From an uncultured Pseudomonadota bacterium (lineage in GTDB: Bacteria > Myxococcota_A > UBA796 > SXON01): a stretch of 64,000 nt of DNA. A program made the translations under genes and the position numbers. The stretch spans positions 3,802 through 67,801 of the forward strand of contig CAIQVJ010000007.1 in assembly GCA_903875225.1 (NCBI GenBank). Reading direction: 5' to 3'. Under the pieces are notes generated by a model. That model saw only the letters and a program-made list of their open reading frames with translations. It was not told where the DNA came from and searched no databases. Shown here piece after piece: positions 28,888 through 38,301 of the stretch (position 1 is its first letter; each line of letters begins with the position of its first letter).

Positions 28888-30326
28888 CCCGCCGATCCTG
28901 GGCCGCCTGCATCGTCGCAATCGCGATCCTGGCCATCTCGGCATGGCCATCGCTCCCCTCCATGGTCGACGACGCGTACGTCTCCCTCCGCTACGCCCGC
29001 AACCTCGGGCTTGGGAACGGCCTCGTCTACAACGCCGGGCAGCCGCCGGTGGAGGGGTACACCAACTTCCTGTGGGTCGTGTGGATGGCGCCGGGGACCC
29101 TGTTGCCGATCCACCCGTCCACCTGGGCGACCGGGTGGGGGCTGATCTTCGGTGCGGTCGGGCTGGTCGCGGCGACCGGGCTGGGCGTGGTGCTGTGCGG
29201 GCGCGGATCACGGTGGTCGCTGCTCCCTGCCGCGGTGCTCGCAGCGCTGCCGGTGTACGGGATCGCGGTGACCAACGGGCTGGAGACCGGCATGTACGTG
29301 GCGATGGTGCTGGGTGCCGCCTGGGCTGTGCTCGACCGCCGGACGCCGTGGCTCGGAGGCGTCCTGGCGGGGCTGCTCTACCTCGTGCGTCCGGAAGGGC
29401 TGGTCGCAGGCGTCGCGCTGGTGTTCGTGCCGATCTTCAGCCGCCCCCGAGCCCACCGTCCCGCAGATCTTCGGCCGCTGGCGGCGCTGCTGGCCGTGGT
29501 GGTGCCCTACTTCGTCGCGCACACGCTGTACTTCGGCACCTTCATCCCCAACACCTTCGCGGCACAAGCACGCGAGCCGTTCTTCGACATGATGAAGATG
29601 AACGCCGGGTACTTCAAGCGCTCGCAGGAGTTGTATGCCGGCGCCGTGTGCGCCTGGCTCCTCGCGGCCGTGCTCGGGCCCCGTACGGCCCCGAAGTACA
29701 CGCTGCTCGGCATCGCGGCGGTGCTCACCATCGTCTCCCTGCGCGTGTACAACTGGATGCCCGGCGCCCGGCTCTTCCTGGCGCCCATCGCGCTCACCCT
29801 CGCGGCGCTCGCCCCCTCGCTGCAGGCGCTCCGTCGCCGCCCCCGCCGCGTGCTCGCGGGCGCCCTGGCGCTCGGTACGGCGTACCTCACGCTGGGTCCG
29901 TCCCGGGCGGTGGAGACCCGCTACGATGCATACAACACCGTGCTCCCCGGCAACCCAGCCGAGCTGATGGCGCGGCGGATCGCGGCGGGGGTAGTTGTCC
30001 CCGGTTCGTGGTTGCTCGCGAGGGATGCTGGCGTGGTGCCGTACTTCGCAGGGCCCGACGTGAACGTGATCGACATCCACCCCTTCTCGCTCACCGACCC
30101 CGTCCTCACGGGAAAGCGGTTCGACGTGAACCATGTTTTGGCGGTCCATCCCACCTGGATCGTCACGACCGCAGACAGCGAGGACGAGCTCCCGACCCGG
30201 TACCTCGAGGAGCGCATCCTCCTGAGCGACCCACGGGTCCGCGACCACTTCGTCCGCGGTCCGGATGCCCGGCAGCACCACCGGCGGTGGTACGCGCTGT
30301 GGACCCGCACGGGAGCCGCACCGTAG
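28884..30326 (+). CDS. GT-C-type membrane glycosyltransferase (AftB-like arabinofuranosyl/mannosyltransferase family)
   Basis: [40 protein letters not shown]. Many TM segments. Confidence 0.8.
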   Translation: MTRRSWAACIVAIAILAISAWPSLPSMVDDAYVSLRYARNLGLGNGLVYNAGQPPVEGYTNFLWVVWMAPGTLLPIHPSTWATGWGLIFGAVGLVAATGLGVVLCGRGSRWSLLPAAVLAALPVYGIAVTNGLETGMYVAMVLGAAWAVLDRRTPWLGGVLAGLLYLVRPEGLVAGVALVFVPIFSRPRAHRPADLRPLAALLAVVVPYFVAHTLYFGTFIPNTFAAQAREPFFDMMKMNAGYFKRSQELYAGAVCAWLLAAVLGPRTAPKYTLLGIAAVLTIVSLRVYNWMPGARLFLAPIALTLAALAPSLQALRRRPRRVLAGALALGTAYLTLGPSRAVETRYDAYNTVLPGNPAELMARRIAAGVVVPGSWLLARDAGVVPYFAGPDVNVIDIHPFSLTDPVLTGKRFDVNHVLAVHPTWIVTTADSEDELPTRYLEERILLSDPRVRDHFVRGPDARQHHRRWYALWTRTGAAP

Positions 30327-30375
30327 CCCGCGCGGCTTCCCGTACCCCACCTCACACCAGCGCGGTCGAAACCCG

Positions 30376-30426
30376 TTGACGGTCCCGACGGACCATACTA
30401 AGACTCTTACGTAAGCGTGAGAGTCT
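30376..30426 (+). promoter_or_regulatory. Promoter (-35 TTGACG) with MerR-type operator palindrome AGACTCTTACG-TAAG-CGTGAGAGTCT
   Basis: 11-bp arms with 1 mismatch at 30401-30426, internal perfect palindrome CTTACGTAAG, and a second small inverted repeat GGTCC-N4-GGACC at 30381-30394. Confidence 0.75.
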
Positions 30427-30463
30427 GTTGAATCCTGACCCCCCCACCGCCGCGACCCAGCCG

Positions 30464-30946
30464 ATGAAGATCGGCGAGCTCGCGGAGCGTTCGGGAAAGA
30501 CCATCCGGACGCTGCACTTCTACGAAGAGCTCAACCTCCTCGTCCCGGTCTCTCGCACCAAGGGCGGGTTCCGGCTCTACGACGCCCAGGCGCTCGTGCG
30601 CATCGAGTGGATCGGCCGGTTGCAGGAGCTCGGATTCTCGCTGCCGGACATCCAGACGTTCCTGGCGGACCTGCATTCGCAGCCCTCCGGGCCTGCGATG
30701 ATGACCGAGCTGCGCCAGTTCTACGCCCAGAAGCTCGAGTCCACTCGCCAGCAGGTGTTTCGCCTGCGGGCTCTCGAGCTCCAGCTCCAGAACTCGATCA
30801 TGTACCTCTCGACCTGCAAGGCCTGCGCGCCCGCGACCGAGAAGACCCGCTGCCACAGTTGTGATGATGATGAACACCAGGGCAAGGAGCCGCCGATGAT
30901 GGTCGCCGCGGTCTCCCCCCACCCCACGCATTCGGAATCGGCATGA
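30464..30946 (+). CDS. MerR-family transcriptional regulator with C-terminal CxxC-x8-CxxC
   Basis: [42 protein letters not shown]...CHSC. Alternative TTG start at 30428. ATGA overlap with iscS. Confidence 0.9.
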   Translation: MKIGELAERSGKTIRTLHFYEELNLLVPVSRTKGGFRLYDAQALVRIEWIGRLQELGFSLPDIQTFLADLHSQPSGPAMMTELRQFYAQKLESTRQQVFRLRALELQLQNSIMYLSTCKACAPATEKTRCHSCDDDEHQGKEPPMMVAAVSPHPTHSESA

Positions 30947-32163
30947 AACTACCTATCTACCTTGACAATCATGCGACAACCCGTTGTGACCCTGCGGTGG
31001 TGGAGGCCATGCTCCCGTACCTCACCGAGGTGTATGGCAACGCCGGCTCCCGCAACCACGCCTTCGGCTGGGCGGCCCAGGCCGGCGTCGACACGGCGCG
31101 TGAGCAGCTCGCCGACCTGATCGGCGCGGATCCGAAGGAGATCGTCTACACCTCCGGCGCGACAGAGTCCGACAACCTCGCGGTCCTGGGGGTCGCCCGG
31201 TTCTACAAGGACAAGGGGCGGCACATCATCACGAGCAACATCGAGCACAAGGCGGTGCTCGACTCCTGCCACGCGCTCGAGAAGGAGGGCTTCGAGGTCA
31301 CGTACCTGCCCGTCGACTCACTCGGGATCATCACGCCCGCGCAGGTGGCCGAGGCCATCCGTCCGGGCACGATCCTCGTGAGCATCATGCACTCCAACAA
31401 CGAGATCGGCGTGGTGCAGGACATCGCCGCGATCGGCGCCGTGTGCCGCGAGAAGGGCGTCATCTTCCACTCCGACGCGGTGCAGTCGCTCGGCAAGGTC
31501 CCGTTCGACGTCACGACGATGAACGTCGACCTCGTGAGCATCTCCGCCCACAAGATGTACGGTCCGAAGGGCGTCGGCGCGCTCTATGTGCGCCGCGGAC
31601 GGCCGCGCATCCGGCTGGAGCCGATGATGTTCGGCGGCGGCCAGGAGCGGGGGATCCGCTCCGGCACCCATGCGGTGCACCAGATCGTGGGGCTGGGGAA
31701 GGCCGCGGAGCTCGCGAAGGCGGCGTTCACCAATGGTGAGGTGGACCGCGTGCGCGGCCTCCGTGACCGGCTCTGGAGTCGGCTCCAGGCCATCGACGAG
31801 GTGTACCTGAACGGCCCCGTGCCGGGTCCCTCCCGGTTGCCGAACAACCTGAACGCGAGCCTGGCCTATTGCGAGGGCGAGGCGATGATGATGGCGATCA
31901 AGGACCTCGCCGTCTCCTCCGGCTCGGCGTGCACCAGCGCCAGCCTCGAGCCCAGCTACGTCCTGCGGGCGCTGGGCGTGGAGGTCGAGCTGGCCCACAC
32001 CTCGATCCGCTTCGGCATCGGCCGGTTCAACACCGTCGAGGAGATCGACTACGCCGCGGAGCTCGTGGCCTCGAAGGTCACCTGGCTGCGCGACATGAGC
32101 CCGCTCTACGACCTGGTCAAGGAAGGGGTCGACCTGAAGTCGATCTCGTGGACCGCACACTAG
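30943..32163 (+). CDS. iscS: Cysteine desulfurase IscS
   Basis: [53 protein letters not shown]-terminal WTAH. Confidence 0.97.
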   Translation: MKLPIYLDNHATTRCDPAVVEAMLPYLTEVYGNAGSRNHAFGWAAQAGVDTAREQLADLIGADPKEIVYTSGATESDNLAVLGVARFYKDKGRHIITSNIEHKAVLDSCHALEKEGFEVTYLPVDSLGIITPAQVAEAIRPGTILVSIMHSNNEIGVVQDIAAIGAVCREKGVIFHSDAVQSLGKVPFDVTTMNVDLVSISAHKMYGPKGVGALYVRRGRPRIRLEPMMFGGGQERGIRSGTHAVHQIVGLGKAAELAKAAFTNGEVDRVRGLRDRLWSRLQAIDEVYLNGPVPGPSRLPNNLNASLAYCEGEAMMMAIKDLAVSSGSACTSASLEPSYVLRALGVEVELAHTSIRFGIGRFNTVEEIDYAAELVASKVTWLRDMSPLYDLVKEGVDLKSISWTAH

Positions 32164-32198
32164 CCCCATCCGCAACTCAATTTCAGGAGAACAAGACC

Positions 32199-32615
32199 AT
32201 GGCGTACTCGAACAAGGTCATCGACCACTACGAAAACCCCCGCAACGTCGGCGTGCTCGACAAGAACGCAGACGACGTGGGCACCGGCCTCGTCGGCGCG
32301 CCCGCCTGTGGGGACGTGATGAAGCTGCAGCTGAAGATCTCGGACGAGGGCATCATCGAAGACGCCAAGTTCAAGACGTTCGGGTGCGGATCGGCCATCG
32401 CGTCGAGCTCGCTCGTCACGGAGATGGTGAAGGGCAAGAGCATCGACTACGCCGCAAGCATCAGCAACAGCACGATCGCCGAGGAGCTCAACCTGCCCCC
32501 CGTGAAGATCCACTGTTCGGTGCTCGCCGAAGACGCCATCAAGGCCGCCATCGCCGACTACCAGAAGAAGCGTGCAGCGCGCGCCGCAGTCTCCGAAGCC
32601 TCGTCGAAAACCTGA
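32199..32615 (+). CDS. iscU: Fe-S cluster scaffold IscU
   Basis: AGGAGA RBS. MAYSNKVIDHYENPRNVG, GAPACGDVM, FGCGSAIA, LPPVKIHCS. Confidence 0.97.
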   Translation: MAYSNKVIDHYENPRNVGVLDKNADDVGTGLVGAPACGDVMKLQLKISDEGIIEDAKFKTFGCGSAIASSSLVTEMVKGKSIDYAASISNSTIAEELNLPPVKIHCSVLAEDAIKAAIADYQKKRAARAAVSEASSKT

Positions 32616-32624
32616 GGTCCACCC

Positions 32625-32960
32625 ATGGCAATCCAACTCACCGACCGTGCAGTCAGCCGCATCAACGAGCTGAAGCTCAAGCGGCAGACCCCTGACCACT
32701 ACTTCCGCATCGGTGTGCGGGGCGGTGGCTGCTCGGGCCTCTCGTACTTCGTGGACTTTGCCGAGCAGGCCGATCCCAAGGACAAGCAGTTCCAATTCGG
32801 CGAGGATCAGAAGGTCACCGTCCTGATCGACCGCAAGTCCTACCTCTTCCTGAACGGCACCGAGGTGGACTGGAAGTCGGAGCTGATGAAGACCGGGTTC
32901 GAATTCAAGAACCCGATCGCTGGAAAAAGCTGTTCCTGCGGGGAGAGCTTCTCGGTGTGA
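32625..32960 (+). CDS. iscA: A-type Fe-S carrier IscA/HesB
   Basis: GGGCSG and CSCGESF motifs. Confidence 0.95.
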   Translation: MAIQLTDRAVSRINELKLKRQTPDHYFRIGVRGGGCSGLSYFVDFAEQADPKDKQFQFGEDQKVTVLIDRKSYLFLNGTEVDWKSELMKTGFEFKNPIAGKSCSCGESFSV

Positions 32961-33490
32961 GCACCTGCCGCGTGTGCCACGAGCCTGCGCTCATCGCGTG
33001 CGTGGGGTGTGGTGCGTTCCAGACCCCGCCGACGCATGTGGACCCGTTCCTGGTGCTCGGGTTGCCTCGCGCGTGGCACATCGACAAGGCGAAGCTCGAG
33101 GCCAACTATCGGGAGCTTGCACGCAAGATCCATCCGGACCGGCAGGGTGCGAAGTCCCAGGCCGACCGGAGGCTCGCGCTGCAGTGGACGGCAAACGTGA
33201 ATTTTGCACGCCGCGCGCTGCTGGACGACACCAAGCGCGCCTGGTTCCTCGCCACCGGCTCGGTCGAGCCCCCCGAGCGCGGGCTCCGGCTCTCCCCGGC
33301 CTTCCTCGCCGAGATGTTCGAGTGGAGAGAGGAGGAGGAGACCGCTCCGGGCACTTTCGCCGAGCGGGCGAGCGAGCGGGCCGCACAGATCCGTGCGGAG
33401 CTCGAGGAGATGTTCACCGCCTGGGAGGCGGGCGCTGGCGGCCTCGGGGGCGTCGAGGAGGCGCTCTCCCGGTTGAGGTATGTGAGCTGA
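32957..33490 (+). CDS. hscB: Co-chaperone HscB with N-terminal tetracysteine motif
   Basis: CxxC...CxxC, J-domain HPD motif, C-terminal LRY. Positioned after iscA. Confidence 0.85.
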   Translation: MSTCRVCHEPALIACVGCGAFQTPPTHVDPFLVLGLPRAWHIDKAKLEANYRELARKIHPDRQGAKSQADRRLALQWTANVNFARRALLDDTKRAWFLATGSVEPPERGLRLSPAFLAEMFEWREEEETAPGTFAERASERAAQIRAELEEMFTAWEAGAGGLGGVEEALSRLRYVS

Positions 33491-33506
33491 CGGAATACGG
33501 GGCGGA

Positions 33507-34979
33507 ATGCCCACTTTGGCAGCTCGTCTCGCCCGAGGTCTGGCCCGCGTGTGGAACACGCTGGAGCACGTGGTGGGGCGCACGCGGCTCCGGCTTCGGC
33601 GGCAGCAGCGAAAGATCGAGGCCGGGGCACGACAGTTGGGGCTCCAACTCCTCGACGTGATCGACGATCTCCCGTTCGTCCCCACGCTGGTCCCCATCCG
33701 CCCGGTGCACAACCAGTACTATGGCCACGGCGCCTTCATGGGCGCGGCGCCGGCCCTGCTCGCCGACGATACCTGGAGGCGGATCCTCGCCTTCCTGATG
33801 CCCGACGTGTACCTGCAGGTGGACGCCGCCCTCAAGGGGGGTGCGAGCAATGCGGCCCTGATCCCGATGTTCGAGAACAACCCGGTGATGTGCGCATTCG
33901 GCTGCTGGCAGGGGCTGCGCCGACGAAAGGGCCAGGCGCCACGGCCACTTGGCGACCTCTCGGGCATGGAGTGGGACGTGTTCGTGGACAGCGCGCAGGT
34001 GGAGGCCTGGGAGTCCGTCCCCGGCGAACCGGATGCCCCAGCCCGCGAAGCGCTCGTGGACCGGATCGTGGACCGGATGGTCATCGCGCACGCCTCCACC
34101 GCCGACACGGTGCAGGAGAGCGTGGGGGTGTGCCAGTATCCGGACGTCCGGCGCACGCCCAAGACGGCCATGGGCGGGGTCCCGGCCCCCGCTTGGATGG
34201 ATCTGTACACGCGTGCCCTCCGCCTCGCGCAGGCCGCCGATCTGCGCAAGGCCATCGACGCCATGGCAGCCGACGCGCGGACCGAGTCGGCAGAGGAATG
34301 CGAGCGCAACACGTTCCGGACCCCGATCCCCATGGCCGTGGGGGCGGCGGAATACCGGGAGATCGCCGGCCAGCGCTTCAGCGTGGTGCTGGAGATGAAG
34401 ACGCTCCGGAGCACGGCCCTGTTGCTGGCGGCCATGGTGCGCGCGCTCAACCGGCGAGGCGTACACGTGGCGGCGGTCTGCTCGTTCCAGATCGCCGAAG
34501 TGCGCGGGGTCAGCCAGCAGTCCCAGATGGACGGGCTGCCGGGACCGAGGGAGATCCTGTTCTTTCACTACGCCGGGGATCTTCAGCACGCGTGCGACCA
34601 GGGCGATCTGGCCCCGGGCCAGGGCGTGCTCTTCAACGGCGCCACGCTCCTGCGCTACGCGGAGGGAGCCGCGCGGCCCTACGAGATCGAGGACGACGTG
34701 ATCGTCGAGCTTGGCGAGTACCGCGATCGGTTCGGGATCGACATCGGCATCTACGTGCAGGAGGGCGACTGCGATGCGCTGGCGGCCGGCGCCCTCTCCG
34801 AGATGGTCGCGGCGAATGCGCAGACCTTCACGCTGGGGTTCGCCTGGGGTGGGCTCCTGGACGAGGCGCACGTGCAGCCCGACGGCACGGATCGGCGGGG
34901 GCTCGGCAGTCAGGCGATGCTCGGCGTGATCGGGCGCGCGCGCGACTGGCGGCGGCCGGCCGGGCACCCCGGAGCCTGA
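33507..34979 (+). CDS. Hypothetical protein (490 aa), possibly a PLC/GDPD-like TIM barrel
   Basis: Long ORF with strong GC3 bias. VIAH...VVLEMK pattern is only weakly GDPD-like. Confidence 0.65.
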   Translation: MPTLAARLARGLARVWNTLEHVVGRTRLRLRRQQRKIEAGARQLGLQLLDVIDDLPFVPTLVPIRPVHNQYYGHGAFMGAAPALLADDTWRRILAFLMPDVYLQVDAALKGGASNAALIPMFENNPVMCAFGCWQGLRRRKGQAPRPLGDLSGMEWDVFVDSAQVEAWESVPGEPDAPAREALVDRIVDRMVIAHASTADTVQESVGVCQYPDVRRTPKTAMGGVPAPAWMDLYTRALRLAQAADLRKAIDAMAADARTESAEECERNTFRTPIPMAVGAAEYREIAGQRFSVVLEMKTLRSTALLLAAMVRALNRRGVHVAAVCSFQIAEVRGVSQQSQMDGLPGPREILFFHYAGDLQHACDQGDLAPGQGVLFNGATLLRYAEGAARPYEIEDDVIVELGEYRDRFGIDIGIYVQEGDCDALAAGALSEMVAANAQTFTLGFAWGGLLDEAHVQPDGTDRRGLGSQAMLGVIGRARDWRRPAGHPGA

Positions 34980-35045
34980 TCCGCTCGGGGCGAGCACTTG
35001 ACCGTCGGCTCGCCCGTGTGAAAAGCGCGCAGGACGGAGAGCCAC

Positions 35046-35684
35046 GTGAAGATCGAGATCTGGTCGGACATCATCTGCCCCTGGTGCGGCATCGGCCAGC
35101 ACCGCCTGGACACCGCGCTCGCGGCGTTCGAGCACCGCGCGGAGGTGCAGGTCGTGCACCGGTCGTTCCAGCTGGATCCCTCGTTTCCGATGGGCACGAC
35201 GCAGCCGGTGTCCGAGCTCCTGCGCTCGAAGTACGGCATGACCGAGGCTCAACTGGCCGCCTCCACGCACCGGATCACGGCGTTGGCCGCCGCAGAGGGG
35301 ATGGTCCCCTACAAGGTGGGCGAGAACTCGGTCGGCAACACCCGCATGGCGCATGAGCTGCTCGCCTTCGCCGCGGAGCAGGGGCTCGAGGACGCTGCAT
35401 GGAAGCGGCTCTACCGCGCCTACTTCGGCGAAGGACGGTCGGTCTTCGACCTTGACGCGCTCGTCGCCCTCGCGGCGGAGATCGGGCTCGACCCGGGTGC
35501 CACCCGCGAGGCGCTCACGTCGGGGCGGTACATCGCGAAGGTGGAGGCCGACGGGCGCGGGGCCCGGGCCCTGGGGGCCACCGGGGTGCCGTTCGTCGTG
35601 GTGGACGGTCGGTACGGCATCGCGGGCGCCCAGCCGGTCGCGGTATTCAAGGACGCGCTGCAGCAGGCCTGGCGCGACCGCTGA
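35046..35684 (+). CDS. DsbA-family (FrnE-like) oxidoreductase
   Basis: KIEIWSDIICPWCGIG, SFQLDP, GVPF, GAQP. Confidence 0.92.
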   Translation: MKIEIWSDIICPWCGIGQHRLDTALAAFEHRAEVQVVHRSFQLDPSFPMGTTQPVSELLRSKYGMTEAQLAASTHRITALAAAEGMVPYKVGENSVGNTRMAHELLAFAAEQGLEDAAWKRLYRAYFGEGRSVFDLDALVALAAEIGLDPGATREALTSGRYIAKVEADGRGARALGATGVPFVVVDGRYGIAGAQPVAVFKDALQQAWRDR

Positions 35685-35764
35685 CCCGATCGGGGCCCGC
35701 CGCCTTCACCATCCCCTGACTGCAAGTTCCGGCGGCCGGCTCGGTCTCCGAGGTACGGTTGCCC

Positions 35765-37099
35765 ATGTTCTGGCTCTTCGCCTGCACCGCCTCCGTCCCG
35801 CTCGTCACCGACACCGCGCCTCCCGCGGCGGACCTGGAGCTCACCGTCGACCCTGACGTGGTCACGGTCCTGCACGCAGCCTGGACCGAGTCGGGCTCCA
35901 CGGACGTCCGGGTGGAGTACCGCTGGGAGGGGGCCGACTGGCAGGTGGCCCCGGCCGTGAGCCCGGGCGACGCCGTCCTTCTCGGGATCCCCGCCGATAC
36001 CGACGTGGAGGCACGCCTCGCCGCCGACGTGGACGGTTCGGCCTGGTCCAGCGACTCCACGACGATCATCACGGGAACGTTGCCCGCCGAGCTCCTGCTG
36101 CCCAGCATCGACGTGTGGGACGAGGCCCTGGCCTCCCCGGCCTCGTACGCGATGATCTCCGTGGACCACGGCGACTACACCTACCAGCCGCCCTTCTGGA
36201 TCGAGATCTTCGATCGCACCGGCCGCATCGTCTGGTACAAGAAGGTCGGCGACGACATGATGACGTTCTACCCGACCGTCGCGAGGGACGGCACCCACAT
36301 CTGGTTCGAGGGGGGCGACGTGTTCGGCATGGGGGACATCAGGCCCTACATCCAGCGCCAGACGTTGGATGGGCGCTGGTCGCAGTCGGTGGAGGTCCGT
36401 GAGATGGGCCAGGCGGCGGGCGAGGGGCCCGACAGGTCGTTCTTCTACGAACAGCGGACCGGCGCCAACCACGGGCTCGGCCGCGTAGACGCCGACGGCA
36501 CCACCACGATCGTGTGGGACTGCGGCGCGTGGATGAGGGACCACTCGGAGTTTCCCTCGTCGTGCGACATGAACACGACCAACTGGAGCGAGTCCCACGA
36601 CAGCGTCCTCGCCTCCATGTTCGAGTCCAACACGGTGTTCGAGATCGACCTCGCCACCGGCCAGCCCGTTCGGCAGATGGGACAGCTCACCAGCGGCGAC
36701 CCGTACATCTTCTCGCCCACCGACTCGATGTTCGACTATCAGCACGACGTGTACTGGACCGACGCCGGCACGCTGCTCGCGAGCACCCACATCGTCGGGG
36801 AGTCGGGCGTGCAGGTGGCCGCCGAGTACGAGGTGGATGACGCTTCGAAGACCCTGACGCGCGTCTGGTCCTACGTCTCGACCGACATGTGGGCCGAGCA
36901 GATCGGCGAGGCCATCCGGCTGCCCAACGGCAACACGACCCAGGGCTATGGCCAGGACGGTGCGGTGCGCGAGATCACGCCCGATGGAACGGTCGTCTGG
37001 CAGGCGAGCTGGCAGAAGGATCGTCAGGGGGACCGGGTGGTCGGACACCTCTCCCTCATCGACGATCTGTACGCGTTGAACGCTGGTCCTGTCGAGTAG
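35765..37099 (+). CDS. Arylsulfotransferase-like beta-propeller lipoprotein
   Basis: MFWLFAC lipobox, IFDRTGRIVWY, NTTNW, FDYQHD, GEAIRLPNGNT, EITPDGTVVW. Confidence 0.75.
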   Translation: MFWLFACTASVPLVTDTAPPAADLELTVDPDVVTVLHAAWTESGSTDVRVEYRWEGADWQVAPAVSPGDAVLLGIPADTDVEARLAADVDGSAWSSDSTTIITGTLPAELLLPSIDVWDEALASPASYAMISVDHGDYTYQPPFWIEIFDRTGRIVWYKKVGDDMMTFYPTVARDGTHIWFEGGDVFGMGDIRPYIQRQTLDGRWSQSVEVREMGQAAGEGPDRSFFYEQRTGANHGLGRVDADGTTTIVWDCGAWMRDHSEFPSSCDMNTTNWSESHDSVLASMFESNTVFEIDLATGQPVRQMGQLTSGDPYIFSPTDSMFDYQHDVYWTDAGTLLASTHIVGESGVQVAAEYEVDDASKTLTRVWSYVSTDMWAEQIGEAIRLPNGNTTQGYGQDGAVREITPDGTVVWQASWQKDRQGDRVVGHLSLIDDLYALNAGPVE

Positions 37100-37135
37100 G
37101 CCCGCCGTGTTCGGGCCGAGACGGCGATCGCCGCC

Positions 37136-37714
37136 CTACGGCCGCGGCAGGAGCAGCGCGAATTTCGTCGCGGCGCGCTCGATCTCTGCCAACTGGTCCC
37201 GGGCCCAGGCGTCCAGCGCGGCGTGGGCGGCCAGGGCAGGGATCGCCACGAGCAGGCCGAAGGCGGTGGACGCCATCGCCGTGGAGCTCCCCTCCGAGAG
37301 GTGTGCGGCGCGCTCGGCCGCTGCCAGATCCCCCATCGAGCCGAAGGCGAGGATCAGCCCGTACACCGTGCCGAACAGGCCGATCATCGTCGCCAGGCTC
37401 GCCACGGTGGAAAGGTACGGGATCCGACGCCGGATCACCTGCTCGGCGCGGATCGATTCGGCGGTCATCGCGTCCCAGGCCCGCTCGTAGTCGGGTTGCC
37501 CCGCGCCGGCGGCGATCACCGCCTCGAGCGGCGTGCTGCCCAGCGGCAGGCGCTCGGCCACCCGCTTGAGCACTGCATCTCCGTCCACCCGGAACCGGGC
37601 GACCTGCAGGAGCCTGTCGACAGTCACGCCGATGGCGAAGGCCGCGACCGCGAGCAACAGGTACATGAAGAGCCCCGCCGGCCCGCTGAAGGCGTGGAGC
37701 AGGTACGCCGCCAC
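37136..37714 (-). CDS. MotA/TolQ/ExbB proton channel family protein
   Basis: LSTVASLATMIGLFGTVYGLI...G..TAMASTAFGLLVAIPA. Confidence 0.9.
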   Translation of the reverse strand: MAAYLLHAFSGPAGLFMYLLLAVAAFAIGVTVDRLLQVARFRVDGDAVLKRVAERLPLGSTPLEAVIAAGAGQPDYERAWDAMTAESIRAEQVIRRRIPYLSTVASLATMIGLFGTVYGLILAFGSMGDLAAAERAAHLSEGSSTAMASTAFGLLVAIPALAAHAALDAWARDQLAEIERAATKFALLLPRP

Positions 37715-38247
37715 TACAGGATCCGTCCGCCCCGGTTCATCCGCTCGAGCGCCTCCAGCGCCTTTGGCGCATCCGGGTGGTCGGCGATCGCAGCGACCTT
37801 CTCGAAGGCGGCGATCGCCTCGTCTCGGCGCCCGGTCACACGAAAGAGTACTCCGAGTCGGTACAGCGCCGCGCCGTCGTCGGGCTTCATGGCCAGGGCC
37901 TCCCGGTACTTCGCCTCGGCGGCGTCGACTTCTCCCGCCGCAAACAGGTCTTCCCCCTCGCGCACCCGCTCGCTGGCCTCGTGTACGAGCTCCACCTCGA
38001 TGAACGCCTTCACCCCGAGGTTCACCACCAGCACCTGCAGCGGTCCCAGCAGCGCGAGCGAAAGCCCCTCGGCCGCGAGCACCGCGCCGAGCGGCAGATC
38101 GGGCAGCAGTTGCCGCCCCTTGTAGCGAAACCGCACCTTGGTGTACCGGCCCTGGTCCACCGCTCCGCGAATTCGCTCACGCAAAGCACGGATGGAGGCC
38201 TCGACAGCCTTGGGGTCCACTTCCCAGCGAAACGCGTCTGAAGCCAT
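37714..38247 (-). CDS. DUF4342-like N-terminal domain + TPR protein
   Basis: IRGAVDQGRYTKVRFRYKGRQLL..LPL, C-terminal TPRs. TAGTG overlap with the exbB-like gene. Confidence 0.75.
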   Translation of the reverse strand: MASDAFRWEVDPKAVEASIRALRERIRGAVDQGRYTKVRFRYKGRQLLPDLPLGAVLAAEGLSLALLGPLQVLVVNLGVKAFIEVELVHEASERVREGEDLFAAGEVDAAEAKYREALAMKPDDGAALYRLGVLFRVTGRRDEAIAAFEKVAAIADHPDAPKALEALERMNRGGRIL

Positions 38248-38301
38248 GCGAACTGCTAACCCATGCTTGCGTGCGCGCGCCGGTAGCTCTACGCTGTGCG
38301 C

